Part shown: positions 1-8,681 of the stretch, one piece after another
How the letters are laid out: each line of letters begins with the position of its first letter
Numbering within the stretch: position 1 is the first letter of the stretch
Source of the DNA: a virus
Taxonomy: Duplodnaviria > Caudoviricetes
DNA: 64,000 nucleotides
Strand: one strand, 5' to 3'
Virus record (IMG/VR): IMGVR_UViG_3300044898_000031
Coordinates: 1-64,000 of that record
The notes under the pieces: model-generated
What the model saw: the letters and a program-made list of their open reading frames with translations, nothing else
Database searches by the model: none
Told to the model about the DNA's origin: nothing
Made by a program: the position numbers and the translations under genes

Positions 1-20
1 AGTTTATTCGGGTCTATCAT
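1..20 (-). CDS. Start of next gene (MIDPNKL...), truncated by window edge
   Basis: ATG at 20-18 overlaps the TGA of the upstream glycosyltransferase (ATGA coupling). Confidence 0.4.
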
Positions 21-991
21 AACAGTTCAAGGATTGAATTATGGCGCAGTTGATTGATGTTGGAAAGGAGTAAATTTTCTTTGATGTGTTCCCACGACCT
101 CCTGTTAAAGTCTGAAAGTAAACCGTAGTTTTCGTTTAAACCAGCCTGTAGCTCGCTGATATTAATGCAGTGATTGTTAAATTCAGGTAAATCTGTGTTA
201 CCAAAAAAAGCCGCTCCTGCATAAGTGGCTTCCATCCATGAAATATTCGACTTGCACTTATTAAACTCATTATTGGCTAATGGGAAAATCATCACGTTTG
301 GATTATAGTCCAACAGGGATTCAAAATACTGCAACGTGTCAACTGGGTCTTTCCGAATATAATTATTACCGCATCTCATCTCCAAATAAGTAAAACAATG
401 CCCCCAGAAATTAAATGTCCAGTTCTGATTTGAATTGATAATGTCTATTAGCTGATGTGCTCGCTCATACAAATCTTCTTCATGGGTTGTTCCTCCACGC
501 CATAACACATATTTAGTATTTGTATTAAATGATTTTTTTTCTGCTACTGGGAAAAGATAATCATTATGAGCGTTGGGAATAACAACCGTATTTTGATTAA
601 ATTTATAATAAGCGTTCTTTACACCCTCTGTTGTCACCCACACCGCGTCTGCCATTCTAAGACATTTCAGTATGTTAATCTTCATATCCTGATAAAACCA
701 AAAGGTAGGGTTATACTGGTTAACCTGAAACAGATTATCATCATAGTCTATGATTATTTTACAGTTAGCCCGATTTGCCAACATTATCATATTCACATGG
801 TCATTGTTGCAGGGGCGGTGCATGATTAAAACAGCACCAGCTAAATACGTAGACCAGTTGAAATCTGTTAAATGAGATATATTTATAATCTCGTAATCCT
901 CATTGCCTAAATACTGTAGTACGCCGCCGCAACGGTAAAAACTGGTATTGTCAGCCTCCATAGGGGCAAAATAGTAGACTTTTTTCTTCAT
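17..991 (-). CDS. Glycosyltransferase, GT-B-like phage family
   Basis: FYRC...IIIDYDDNLF, ADAVWVTT, VIPNA, WRGG and KSNISWMEATYAG motifs. Confidence 0.7.
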   Translation of the reverse strand: MKKKVYYFAPMEADNTSFYRCGGVLQYLGNEDYEIINISHLTDFNWSTYLAGAVLIMHRPCNNDHVNMIMLANRANCKIIIDYDDNLFQVNQYNPTFWFYQDMKINILKCLRMADAVWVTTEGVKNAYYKFNQNTVVIPNAHNDYLFPVAEKKSFNTNTKYVLWRGGTTHEEDLYERAHQLIDIINSNQNWTFNFWGHCFTYLEMRCGNNYIRKDPVDTLQYFESLLDYNPNVMIFPLANNEFNKCKSNISWMEATYAGAAFFGNTDLPEFNNHCINISELQAGLNENYGLLSDFNRRSWEHIKENLLLSNINQLRHNSILELL

Positions 992-1191
992 ATCTTAAAG
1001 TAATCCCGTAGCCAAAATGAAGCAATGAATGCAAATAAATTACGACTATTAAGAGGGCTACGGGAATTTTTTTGATTTCTTACTATCATAATTTATTTGC
1101 TGAAACAAACATACCAAAAAAAATTGTTGGTTTTTCGCAGTTACATTTACAACCAATTTACGGGAATATAAACTTTTAAAAAAAAGAAAAA

Positions 1192-1440
1192 ATGGCTATT
1201 TTAAAAAGCGTCAATGTAATGCGTGGCCCGGGTTCCAACGCAAATGCTCCTTATCCAGCGTCCTATATAGCAACGCTTGTTTCAGAAGACATGAAGTACC
1301 ATGCTATAACTGGTGATATACCGGGTGCAAACTCTAAAATCACTGTTACAGTTCAGAATGGAAGAACCCTTAATCGCAGGGATGTTTACTATGTAAACCA
1401 AACTGTTGCTCAACTCGACCTGCTAATTATAGCTGGTTAA
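1192..1440 (+). CDS. Hypothetical 82-aa beta-rich protein
   Basis: A-rich initiation region; TACATTTA (-7-like) at 1142-1149; converges on 1437. Confidence 0.55.
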   Translation: MAILKSVNVMRGPGSNANAPYPASYIATLVSEDMKYHAITGDIPGANSKITVTVQNGRTLNRRDVYYVNQTVAQLDLLIIAG

Positions 1441-1790
1441 GCCTGTAGTACCTCAACAGGGGTTATTTCAGGAAATTCAAGGATTAGCTGGAAAGGATTA
1501 AAAAACCTTCCGGCTTTTTTTGTTTGATGAATAATGGTCATCGGTACTACAATGCAGTTCGGTTCTGCACGTTTCATCCAAAAGTTAAGATTTGGGGGTG
1601 GCATATCCCTGATGGCGGTAAAGCACTCTGTAGGCGTGAAGCGCCTATTGTTACGATAAACTATAGCCGCCTGTTCGCACGCTTGCTGATAAACATGGGT
1701 GCAAAGGTCAATCAAATAAATACGGCGCTCATCCTCATTTTTCCAGTAGGGATGAGTGAACATATCATCTATTGTTCCTGCTATGGTCAT
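1437..1790 (-). CDS. Hypothetical protein
   Basis: ATGA-coupled to the upstream small ORF. Confidence 0.6.
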   Translation of the reverse strand: MTIAGTIDDMFTHPYWKNEDERRIYLIDLCTHVYQQACEQAAIVYRNNRRFTPTECFTAIRDMPPPNLNFWMKRAEPNCIVVPMTIIHQTKKAGRFFNPFQLILEFPEITPVEVLQA

Positions 1791-1936
1791 TTACCTTTTA
1801 CTTTCAATAAATTTTTGTTTGCCTTTTTTGCTTTTGAACTTGCCTTTCTTGAGGCATTTGCCAATATTTCTCCTGCGTCTTTTTGGGAATAGCCACCTTT
1901 TTTGGCTATAGATGATTGAGCCGCTTTAAATCCCAT
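1787..1936 (-). CDS. Small basic 49-aa protein (below ORF-track cutoff)
   Basis: MGFKAAQSSIAKKGGYSQKDAGEILANASRKASSKAKKANKNLLKVKGK; ATGA overlap downstream. Confidence 0.7.
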   Translation of the reverse strand: MGFKAAQSSIAKKGGYSQKDAGEILANASRKASSKAKKANKNLLKVKGK

Positions 1937-1940
1937 TGAT

Positions 1941-2516
1941 TTATGTTGTTTCATAGTTTATTTCATATAACCCGCTTATATTATTAAATATCACTAATCC
2001 TGTTTTAAAAAAATAAAGACCACACCGCTCTAATGATTTATGAGCCATACTGTGAGTAGTGCTGTTTTTAAATACATGCAAATTATCCATTTCGCAATTT
2101 TTATTATCCAAATCTATATGATGAACATGCTCATCTTTTTTTAACGGTCGGCCTATTTTTTCAGATGCAACTTTTCTATATATCAAACGATTAGATTCTG
2201 ATTTATATTCTCTCTTCCAATTATTAAGTTTTGAATATCTTAAAATTGTATTTCTTGAAATATTAAATTCATCTGCTATTTTATGTACTTTTTTATATCC
2301 AAACCTATATTCTTCCTCAACATATTTTATTATTTCAGGGTCAATAGAAGTAGGATTCCCATGTGTTTTAATCCTTAATACACCTGCGCACTTATAACTA
2401 CAAGTTATCTGTAAGCCATTCGGTTTATTTCTTATTCTATATGGGGCAACAAAAAAAGATTTGCTACATATAGGACATATAACTTCAACTTTATGATTTC
2501 CCCTTCTATTTACCAT
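1941..2516 (-). CDS. HNH homing endonuclease with N-terminal zinc finger/HTH
   Basis: CPICSK...CSYKC; KIGRPLKKDEHVHHIDLDNKNCEMDNL...HSMAH. Confidence 0.8.
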   Translation of the reverse strand: MVNRRGNHKVEVICPICSKSFFVAPYRIRNKPNGLQITCSYKCAGVLRIKTHGNPTSIDPEIIKYVEEEYRFGYKKVHKIADEFNISRNTILRYSKLNNWKREYKSESNRLIYRKVASEKIGRPLKKDEHVHHIDLDNKNCEMDNLHVFKNSTTHSMAHKSLERCGLYFFKTGLVIFNNISGLYEINYETT

Positions 2517-2546
2517 TGTGCAATATAAATAAAATTATTGCACAAT
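2515..2546. promoter_or_regulatory. 11-bp perfect inverted repeat over HNH promoter and start codon
   Basis: ATTGTGCAATA-N10-TATTGCACAAT. Confidence 0.6.
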
Positions 2547-2593
2547 CAAAAGTGTACATAACTTATTGTTTTTTTTGTATAAAATTAAATTTT

Positions 2594-3262
2594 TTATTTT
2601 GATATATCCAAATCAAATGAGTAATAAATTTTATGTGAGGTAATTTCCTTGTTAAAAATATCTTCGTTTATAGCTATAAAATCCTGCTTACTTTCTTCTC
2701 CATCCCATGCTGTCCTTGAAAAGTTATGTCTGCTGCCACTATCTTTGTCTAAGTCCCATGAATAAATATAATCTTCCCACCCATTTACGCTGACGTACCA
2801 TGATGGCGTAAATCCTGCACGGTGTATTCTCCATGAGTACCCCGCATGTTCATAGCCATACTTTACATACGCTGCATTGATATAGCCGACTTTTTCAATC
2901 ACATTTCTTGTCAGGAATATAAAACAACCCGTACCTGTTTGATAAGTGTCTATTGTTCTTCCATTTTGTATCAGTTTATTGTGGTCAGGGTGACACAATA
3001 CGAAATGTTCTATACCTGTTTTTTTGCTGGCATTTATGAAAAAGTCAGCCCATCCCTCTTTAATCGGGAAAGTATCATCATCAAACAGAAATATGTACTG
3101 GCAATCATTATCATAAAAGAACTTTATCAGACTGTTTTTGTCTTTGGCAATAGATATTTGGTCTGAATTACACCTGAAAATAGAGTTCTTGGGTCGAACA
3201 AGGTCGAGCCTTTTATACCAATCGCTATTTGTTGAGGTGACCCCTATTCCTATCTTGTCCAT
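2594..3262 (-). CDS. Glycosyltransferase, GT-A/GT2-like
   Basis: IGIGVT...YIFLFDDDTFP...VGY...YGYEH motifs. Confidence 0.75.
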   Translation of the reverse strand: MDKIGIGVTSTNSDWYKRLDLVRPKNSIFRCNSDQISIAKDKNSLIKFFYDNDCQYIFLFDDDTFPIKEGWADFFINASKKTGIEHFVLCHPDHNKLIQNGRTIDTYQTGTGCFIFLTRNVIEKVGYINAAYVKYGYEHAGYSWRIHRAGFTPSWYVSVNGWEDYIYSWDLDKDSGSRHNFSRTAWDGEESKQDFIAINEDIFNKEITSHKIYYSFDLDISK

Positions 3263-3894
3263 ACAGCTACTCTTTTATCAATATCTGCTTCACCGCGTAA
3301 AGCCCAGTTAGCCTTGTCCTGTTCTATGATTGATTCTTTGTCAGGTACGATGTTGACTGACTGACTGCCTCCATTATAATGGTTCGCTATAAGCCCGGCT
3401 TTGACTACTGTCTGATAACCCAATCTGCGAAGCACTTCATATGTAAAATAATCTCCCCACCAAATTTTAATATAGTCGTCAGGAATAGGGAATACAATTT
3501 CTGCCATTTCACGATTCAGGTGAATAAATACTCCGGGTGTACCCTCTGTCACTACCACATCCTCGATATGACTGCCGTCAGTTGGGATGCAGATTTGAGA
3601 TTGGTCAAGTTTTTTACTCCATCCCGGCTGCATGATAAGGTCACTATTCATGATGATGAGCGTATCGTAATCTGATTCAAGAAAATAATATATGGACTGA
3701 TTCCATGCAAAGTTTACATATTCGTTCTTGTCGTTTTCAATAACAGCTATATGTTCCCGTAGCAACACCAGTTTTGTAAGATCGTCAGCATTATTATCAA
3801 TCACTAAAACATCTGCTTCGCCAACAACACTATCAATAGCCATTTTAGTATGCTCTGCACCGCTTATAACAGGGATAGCGACTAATATTTTCAT
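3250..3894 (-). CDS. Glycosyltransferase family 2-like
   Basis: VAIPV, VLVIDNN, VNFAWNQ, IMNSDL, WWGD motifs. Confidence 0.8.
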   Translation of the reverse strand: MKILVAIPVISGAEHTKMAIDSVVGEADVLVIDNNADDLTKLVLLREHIAVIENDKNEYVNFAWNQSIYYFLESDYDTLIIMNSDLIMQPGWSKKLDQSQICIPTDGSHIEDVVVTEGTPGVFIHLNREMAEIVFPIPDDYIKIWWGDYFTYEVLRRLGYQTVVKAGLIANHYNGGSQSVNIVPDKESIIEQDKANWALRGEADIDKRVAVWTR

Positions 3895-4463
3895 ACTATG
3901 CGCCTTAACACTAAAAGACCATTATTAAACTCAAGAAGCAATTCTTGTATCCATTCAGGATGAGAAGACAAAAAAGGATTTAATGCATCCCAAAGACCCC
4001 TACCACAAGATAACTCTGCCGATATTCCGGGGTAGTTTATTTCTCCAATATGACCGTATGTAACTACATCATGAAATGCCATAAATTTTTTTGCTTTACC
4101 AGCATGCCTTTCTAATTCACGTTCCAATTGTGTAGCGGTGTGGTACGTGTCGAACCATAGCATATCCGTTTCCTCAATATCAGCCTCTAAAACATCCTGT
4201 AGCCTGAATTCAAAATCAATTCCAGCGTCTTTAGCCAACTGTTCCGCTTCATCCACTTCCGGGTATCTGCCAATATCATAGCTAACCAAACGCTTTGGAT
4301 TTGCTGCTAAAAAAGCGTAGGTGCTCGTAGGGTTACGAACGCCCATTTCAGTGCAATGAGCACACTGTTCAGCGTAGGATTTGATGTACGGCAGTAACTG
4401 ATAGATGTCGGATGTGGTTGCGCATTTTTCTTCGTACTTGTCAAGTATAGGTTGTAAGTTCAT
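3891..4463 (-). CDS. Class I SAM-dependent methyltransferase (Methyltransf_24-like)
   Basis: EMGVR...SYDI, LWFDTYH, FHD and NNGLLVL motifs. Confidence 0.75.
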   Translation of the reverse strand: MNLQPILDKYEEKCATTSDIYQLLPYIKSYAEQCAHCTEMGVRNPTSTYAFLAANPKRLVSYDIGRYPEVDEAEQLAKDAGIDFEFRLQDVLEADIEETDMLWFDTYHTATQLERELERHAGKAKKFMAFHDVVTYGHIGEINYPGISAELSCGRGLWDALNPFLSSHPEWIQELLLEFNNGLLVLRRIV

Positions 4464-4945
4464 ATATGGTTTTTTATAAAGTTGTCAATATCTTCACTCA
4501 AAAGTAAGTGTGCATTAGCTAATATTCTTTCATCGTCCCAATTCCACCATGCTATTTGCTCTAACTGTAATATCTGTCCTACTGGAAAGCGAAAATAATA
4601 TTGACAATCGGTTACTACAGTGTATGGCGGCACGTTGCGCCTAACAACCGTTCCCGCACCAATTACAGCCCCGTTGCCAATAGTAACACCCGACATAATT
4701 ATACAATTTTCACCTATGGTTACGTCATTGCCAACAACAATGTCGCCACGATTTTTAATATTACCCGGCAATCTTCCGTCCAGTTTATTCAATGTAAATG
4801 TGGTCACATTTTTTATATTATGATTAAAACCGCAGTCAAATACGTTATTCTGCGCGATACTGGAATAATTACCAACTATAACATCGTTCATATTTCCCCT
4901 TAAAATAGGGTCACACGCATAAGAGTGTCTGCCAAGCTTAATCAT
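4460..4945 (-). CDS. Hexapeptide-repeat O-acetyltransferase (CatB/Vat-like fold)
   Basis: IVVGNDVTIGENCIIMSGVTIGNGAVIGAG; IAWWNW. Confidence 0.85.
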   Translation of the reverse strand: MIKLGRHSYACDPILRGNMNDVIVGNYSSIAQNNVFDCGFNHNIKNVTTFTLNKLDGRLPGNIKNRGDIVVGNDVTIGENCIIMSGVTIGNGAVIGAGTVVRRNVPPYTVVTDCQYYFRFPVGQILQLEQIAWWNWDDERILANAHLLLSEDIDNFIKNHI

Positions 4946-5480
4946 ATTGGTGTTTAATTTGTTCTACTTCTTCTGGTGTAAGGTATTTCCACGGAGAATG
5001 AAAACCGAGACTGCCTAAACTAAATTCTGTTTCCACACTGAACTTTTTTGCCGTTTCCTTATCAGGTAAATTGCCATTTAGTGCCTGTAACCCATTACAG
5101 AAGAACATATCCTCATTGCCTCCGTTATAAGGAAAATTGTCAATCACTTTTAGCATAGCATCCCGTTTTCTGAGGCTTAAACCACCGTTCATTGCCGGAA
5201 ATGGGATATGGTAAAGAGGCGCTCCAATAAAATCCCATTCTAAAAATTCCTCAATACCGTGACGTAAAAGCAAACTATCATGCTGAAAAATAAGTACATG
5301 GTCACACATTGCTTCCCAAAAGCCTCTTGAGGCAAGTAGTTCGTTATATTCCTGCATAGTGGTCATCGGCTGACTGATGTGTACCATCGACCAATCATCA
5401 GGTAAAAACTTAGCGTGTACATCCATTATCTTGCTCACGTCAAACCTGTTTTCAATAATAACTGCGCACTTGGTTATCAT
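4938..5480 (-). CDS. DUF5672-like, GT-A-like protein (start revised to 5480)
   Basis: LIFQHDS...DFIGAP...NGGLSLRK...NEDMFF; ATGA overlap. Confidence 0.75.
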   Translation of the reverse strand: MITKCAVIIENRFDVSKIMDVHAKFLPDDWSMVHISQPMTTMQEYNELLASRGFWEAMCDHVLIFQHDSLLLRHGIEEFLEWDFIGAPLYHIPFPAMNGGLSLRKRDAMLKVIDNFPYNGGNEDMFFCNGLQALNGNLPDKETAKKFSVETEFSLGSLGFHSPWKYLTPEEVEQIKHQYD

Positions 5481-6235
5481 GGTATAATATCTGATATAAA
5501 TAAGCATGCTTTATAAGACCAATGAAAACCGCTTGCGCTTTTATTATATCCTATAACAGAAAATATTCTTTTTCTTTTTATACCGGTTAAACTTTCTAAT
5601 TCCCATATATTTTTAAAGGAATTTATTAATTTATGGGTTTTTTTATCAAACTGATATATTCTTTTATGAGGCTTACTTGCTTGCCATATTGCTTGTCCAA
5701 GACGCATTTTAATACGGGATTCATCAGTATGTGATTTCCGCCACATATTATGCTTTTCTTTTTTTAACCCCTTTTTAAGATTGGTTTCTTTAGAATACTT
5801 TTTGCCGATTTGTCTCTGTCTATTAGCTTCTACAACGTCTTTCGACATTTTTTTTCCTAAAAGCCACGGTTTTGGGACTCCCTTCGTTCTTTCAGATCGT
5901 TTTCTTTTAGATTCTTCGGAATGTTTAAAACCAAGCATGCTGTTTGCAGTAGGACTTAAGTTGTAGCGAGGCTTAAAGAAATCAATCCATTTTTGTTCTG
6001 GAATAGTTAATTCAAATCTTGTTTTTGCCAATGGCAATTCTTCTATAATAGAAAATTCAAAATTCTCTTCACCGTGTTTATTCCATGAATTTTGAAGAAT
6101 TCTTGAATGATGCTTATTTGCTCTTAATAAATTTTTATGCTTCCAAATTCTACTATTTAAATTTACGGCTGACCCAATGTAAAAATCATTGCTTACTTTA
6201 TTTATAATGGCATAAATACAAGCTGTATCTATCAT
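5477..6235 (-). CDS. GIY-YIG homing endonuclease with NUMOD3-type repeats
   Basis: CIYAIINKVSNDFYIGSA; LGFKHSEESKRK and KSHTDESRIKM repeats. Confidence 0.9.
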   Translation of the reverse strand: MIDTACIYAIINKVSNDFYIGSAVNLNSRIWKHKNLLRANKHHSRILQNSWNKHGEENFEFSIIEELPLAKTRFELTIPEQKWIDFFKPRYNLSPTANSMLGFKHSEESKRKRSERTKGVPKPWLLGKKMSKDVVEANRQRQIGKKYSKETNLKKGLKKEKHNMWRKSHTDESRIKMRLGQAIWQASKPHKRIYQFDKKTHKLINSFKNIWELESLTGIKRKRIFSVIGYNKSASGFHWSYKACLFISDIIP

Positions 6236-6972
6236 TCTATAACCTCCTTATTAAAATTGGGATGATTATGCAATATTTTTGGTAATAAATTTTTATCAAA
6301 GTGAGTCGCTGACCAAAGCGACTCAGCTACAAGATGCAACCCTCCTTCAACTACATCTCCCGGTTTCCAATTCAAATACATATCTAACCAACCATCACGT
6401 ATCTCCGATTTATGACCGTGAACTTGTAATTTATAGCGCATCACCGCTTCACTTTGTGCAGTTGAAAAATGGTATACTTTACATGGGACTACGCCCTCTC
6501 CTCCACTGTTATGCAAATTAATATAGCGTATAGGGGTAAAACTGTCGTGACAGGCGTAATTAAACGACTTCCAAAAATTTATAAAACCGCCAAAGCCAAT
6601 ATACCGCTTGTCTGTTTTCGTACATAGGTCTAATGCAATAGATAAATCTATTGGGTCAAAAATCTCATCAGCGTCAAAAGCCAAAATCCCATCATATCCG
6701 TCTGCAAAATTTAAAATGTAATTACGGTGGTCGCCCTCTGTACCTGCATTTATTTTATACCATTCCACTTTTGGGCTCGCGGCTATCGCAATATCATGAA
6801 GTTCTGTTTCAGTCTCAGGGCAAATAGCATCCGTTCCAAATCCGTAACTGGGTTCATTAGTGTATAGGATAATGATACGCTCCACAAACGGTTCAACACT
6901 TTTTATGGCATATGACAGGTATTCTTTCCCGTATAAAAGCGGACAATAGGCGATTATGCGTGTGTTTTCCAT
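6232..6972 (-). CDS. Glycosyltransferase, GT-A-like
   Basis: YLSYAIKSV...DADE (DxD) motif. Confidence 0.7.
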   Translation of the reverse strand: MENTRIIAYCPLLYGKEYLSYAIKSVEPFVERIIILYTNEPSYGFGTDAICPETETELHDIAIAASPKVEWYKINAGTEGDHRNYILNFADGYDGILAFDADEIFDPIDLSIALDLCTKTDKRYIGFGGFINFWKSFNYACHDSFTPIRYINLHNSGGEGVVPCKVYHFSTAQSEAVMRYKLQVHGHKSEIRDGWLDMYLNWKPGDVVEGGLHLVAESLWSATHFDKNLLPKILHNHPNFNKEVIE

Positions 6973-7886
6973 AGAGATATTATATTGCTTGCCATGTGTG
7001 AAAAAGTATAGTTGTTTAAAGCCAATTGATGACCGTTTTCTCCAAAAATCATTAATAATTCTGCATCATTAATGATTTTATCAATTTCTGATTTTAACTC
7101 ATCAAGTGTATTCCAATAGTCTACCCTGCACAAGTTTCTTGAAAAATCAATTTCAATCCCTTTATATTGATGGCTTAACACACAGATACCACTCCCAAGC
7201 ATACGGAACATCCGATCACTGGTATACCTGTCGTAATCAAAGTGTGACAGGTTAATCCCGATCTTGGCGTTCCTGTAAATACAGGCCTCCCCATATTGGT
7301 CACCCATGTAATTACCGCTCTCAAATCCTCCCCACCCTGAACCGTACACACCGAAGTTATCCCCATAATGCATCTTTAGAAAAGATACCATTTGCTGCCT
7401 CATTTCAGATAAGGGAAAACCACCGCAGTTGTTCCCCATAAAAACTATTTCAGGTGAGGGGTATTTTTCACCATCGGGCTTATAAATTTCGGGATCATAT
7501 CCTATCTGTAAAAATTCTGACTGATAGCCCAACGCTCTCATTGTGGCTACATCTTCCTCATTTGAAAAGCAGGTTAAATCCACTCCCCAAGATTCCATAT
7601 CAATATAAAATTGCGGCAATGGACTTCTGCAATCTCCTGACCAGTTGATGGTATACGCGCCCGTTGCCTTTATCGCCTCAATAGAGGCTTGTGTGATGCC
7701 AGTGGCTTGTATTTGAATAAATACCAAGTCAGGGATAAAATAAGTCAATACATCGGCTATTCTGTGGTTTAAATCAGGTTCAGCAACTGATATTTCTAAA
7801 TATCCGTCACAAACCGTTCGCATCGCTTTAGTAAATCCGTTATCTTCGCCAACAGATGCCATGCACCCGATATAAAGTATATTCAT
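6954..7886 (-). CDS. Glycosyltransferase, CgeB/Glyco_trans_1_2-like (start revised to 7886)
   Basis: QIGYDPEIY, VFMGN, YRNAKIGINL, SDRMFRMLGSG motifs. Confidence 0.8.
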   Translation of the reverse strand: MNILYIGCMASVGEDNGFTKAMRTVCDGYLEISVAEPDLNHRIADVLTYFIPDLVFIQIQATGITQASIEAIKATGAYTINWSGDCRSPLPQFYIDMESWGVDLTCFSNEEDVATMRALGYQSEFLQIGYDPEIYKPDGEKYPSPEIVFMGNNCGGFPLSEMRQQMVSFLKMHYGDNFGVYGSGWGGFESGNYMGDQYGEACIYRNAKIGINLSHFDYDRYTSDRMFRMLGSGICVLSHQYKGIEIDFSRNLCRVDYWNTLDELKSEIDKIINDAELLMIFGENGHQLALNNYTFSHMASNIISLWKTHA

Positions 7887-8530
7887 AATGATGTAGGTTG
7901 AACAAGTAAATATGGGTGTGGTATCGGTTCTGTCCCATGCCATGCCCTGTGGTCGCCTTTATGCAGGTGATAGGTCTTCACCGTCCAGCTTGGGTTAGAT
8001 ATATTATACCCGGCTTTCTGAATCTCAAAAGCTAAACGGTTGTCAACACCGGGAGTTCCAATTTTAAAATTATAATTCCCCGGCTTTATACGGCCTCTAA
8101 AGCACCACGTATCCTGACTATCCGACCTATCCATAAAGGTTGCATCCTTAACCATTATATTACCAAACTTGACCATGTTATCGCTATTCATTTCCCACCT
8201 TGTCAATGCCCAGCAATCATTTTCAGTAAGCAATAATTTTATTATATCTATACCCTCCTCGTCAAAATAAATATCACTGTTTGCCACAATATTTATATCA
8301 TCATACCCCGTAACCTCATTTACCCAGTCAAATAACTGCTGCATTGTAGGACGGCTGTCTATCCATCTCATTGAGACATTTTTTTCAGGCATCGAAACAT
8401 TATGTGGCTTCATCTCATTCATAGCATAAATCATATCAATAAACTTACATGATTTGTTAATCAAATGAACATGATACAGTTCGTTTTCCCTGTCTGCATC
8501 ATAGTAATAAGTTGTGAATAGATTTACCAT
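7883..8530 (-). CDS. Conserved viral protein, possibly GT-A-like
   Basis: ANSDIYFD, WALTRW, SQDTWCF, GVDNRLA, YHLH motifs. Confidence 0.55.
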   Translation of the reverse strand: MVNLFTTYYYDADRENELYHVHLINKSCKFIDMIYAMNEMKPHNVSMPEKNVSMRWIDSRPTMQQLFDWVNEVTGYDDINIVANSDIYFDEEGIDIIKLLLTENDCWALTRWEMNSDNMVKFGNIMVKDATFMDRSDSQDTWCFRGRIKPGNYNFKIGTPGVDNRLAFEIQKAGYNISNPSWTVKTYHLHKGDHRAWHGTEPIPHPYLLVQPTSL

Positions 8531-8542
8531 ATAAAAAAGTTA

Positions 8543-8642
8543 TTCCCGGCAACCAAAAATTGAAATGCAGTGGCGAACGAACAGATGAAAATCTGGTGTA
8601 CCGGGAAATGTCTTTGCTTAATTATTTTCATCGTTCGTTCGC
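8543..8642 (-). ncRNA. Structured 5' leader (candidate H-type pseudoknot) of glycan operon
   Basis: 19-bp stem 8573-8592/8624-8642; loop segment 8594-8607 pairs with 8543-8555. Confidence 0.55.
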
Positions 8643-8647
8643 TTTGA

Positions 8648-8679
8648 TAAAGGTAAAAATCATAAGTGACATTACCAAA
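8648..8679 (-). promoter_or_regulatory. Bacteroidota primary-sigma promoter
   Basis: TTTG-N20-TACCTTTA. Confidence 0.6.
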
Positions 8680-8681
8680 TA

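Noticed and set aside
566-829. This and the many other short antisense ORFs inside long genes (e.g. 2846, 4601, 51502, 54818, 60056)
   Set aside because: Fully overlap well-supported opposite-strand CDSs, with no initiation context or motifs
4460-4945. Bona fide antibiotic-resistance gene (vat/catB)
   Set aside because: Fold-level motifs only; operon context points to glycan acetylation
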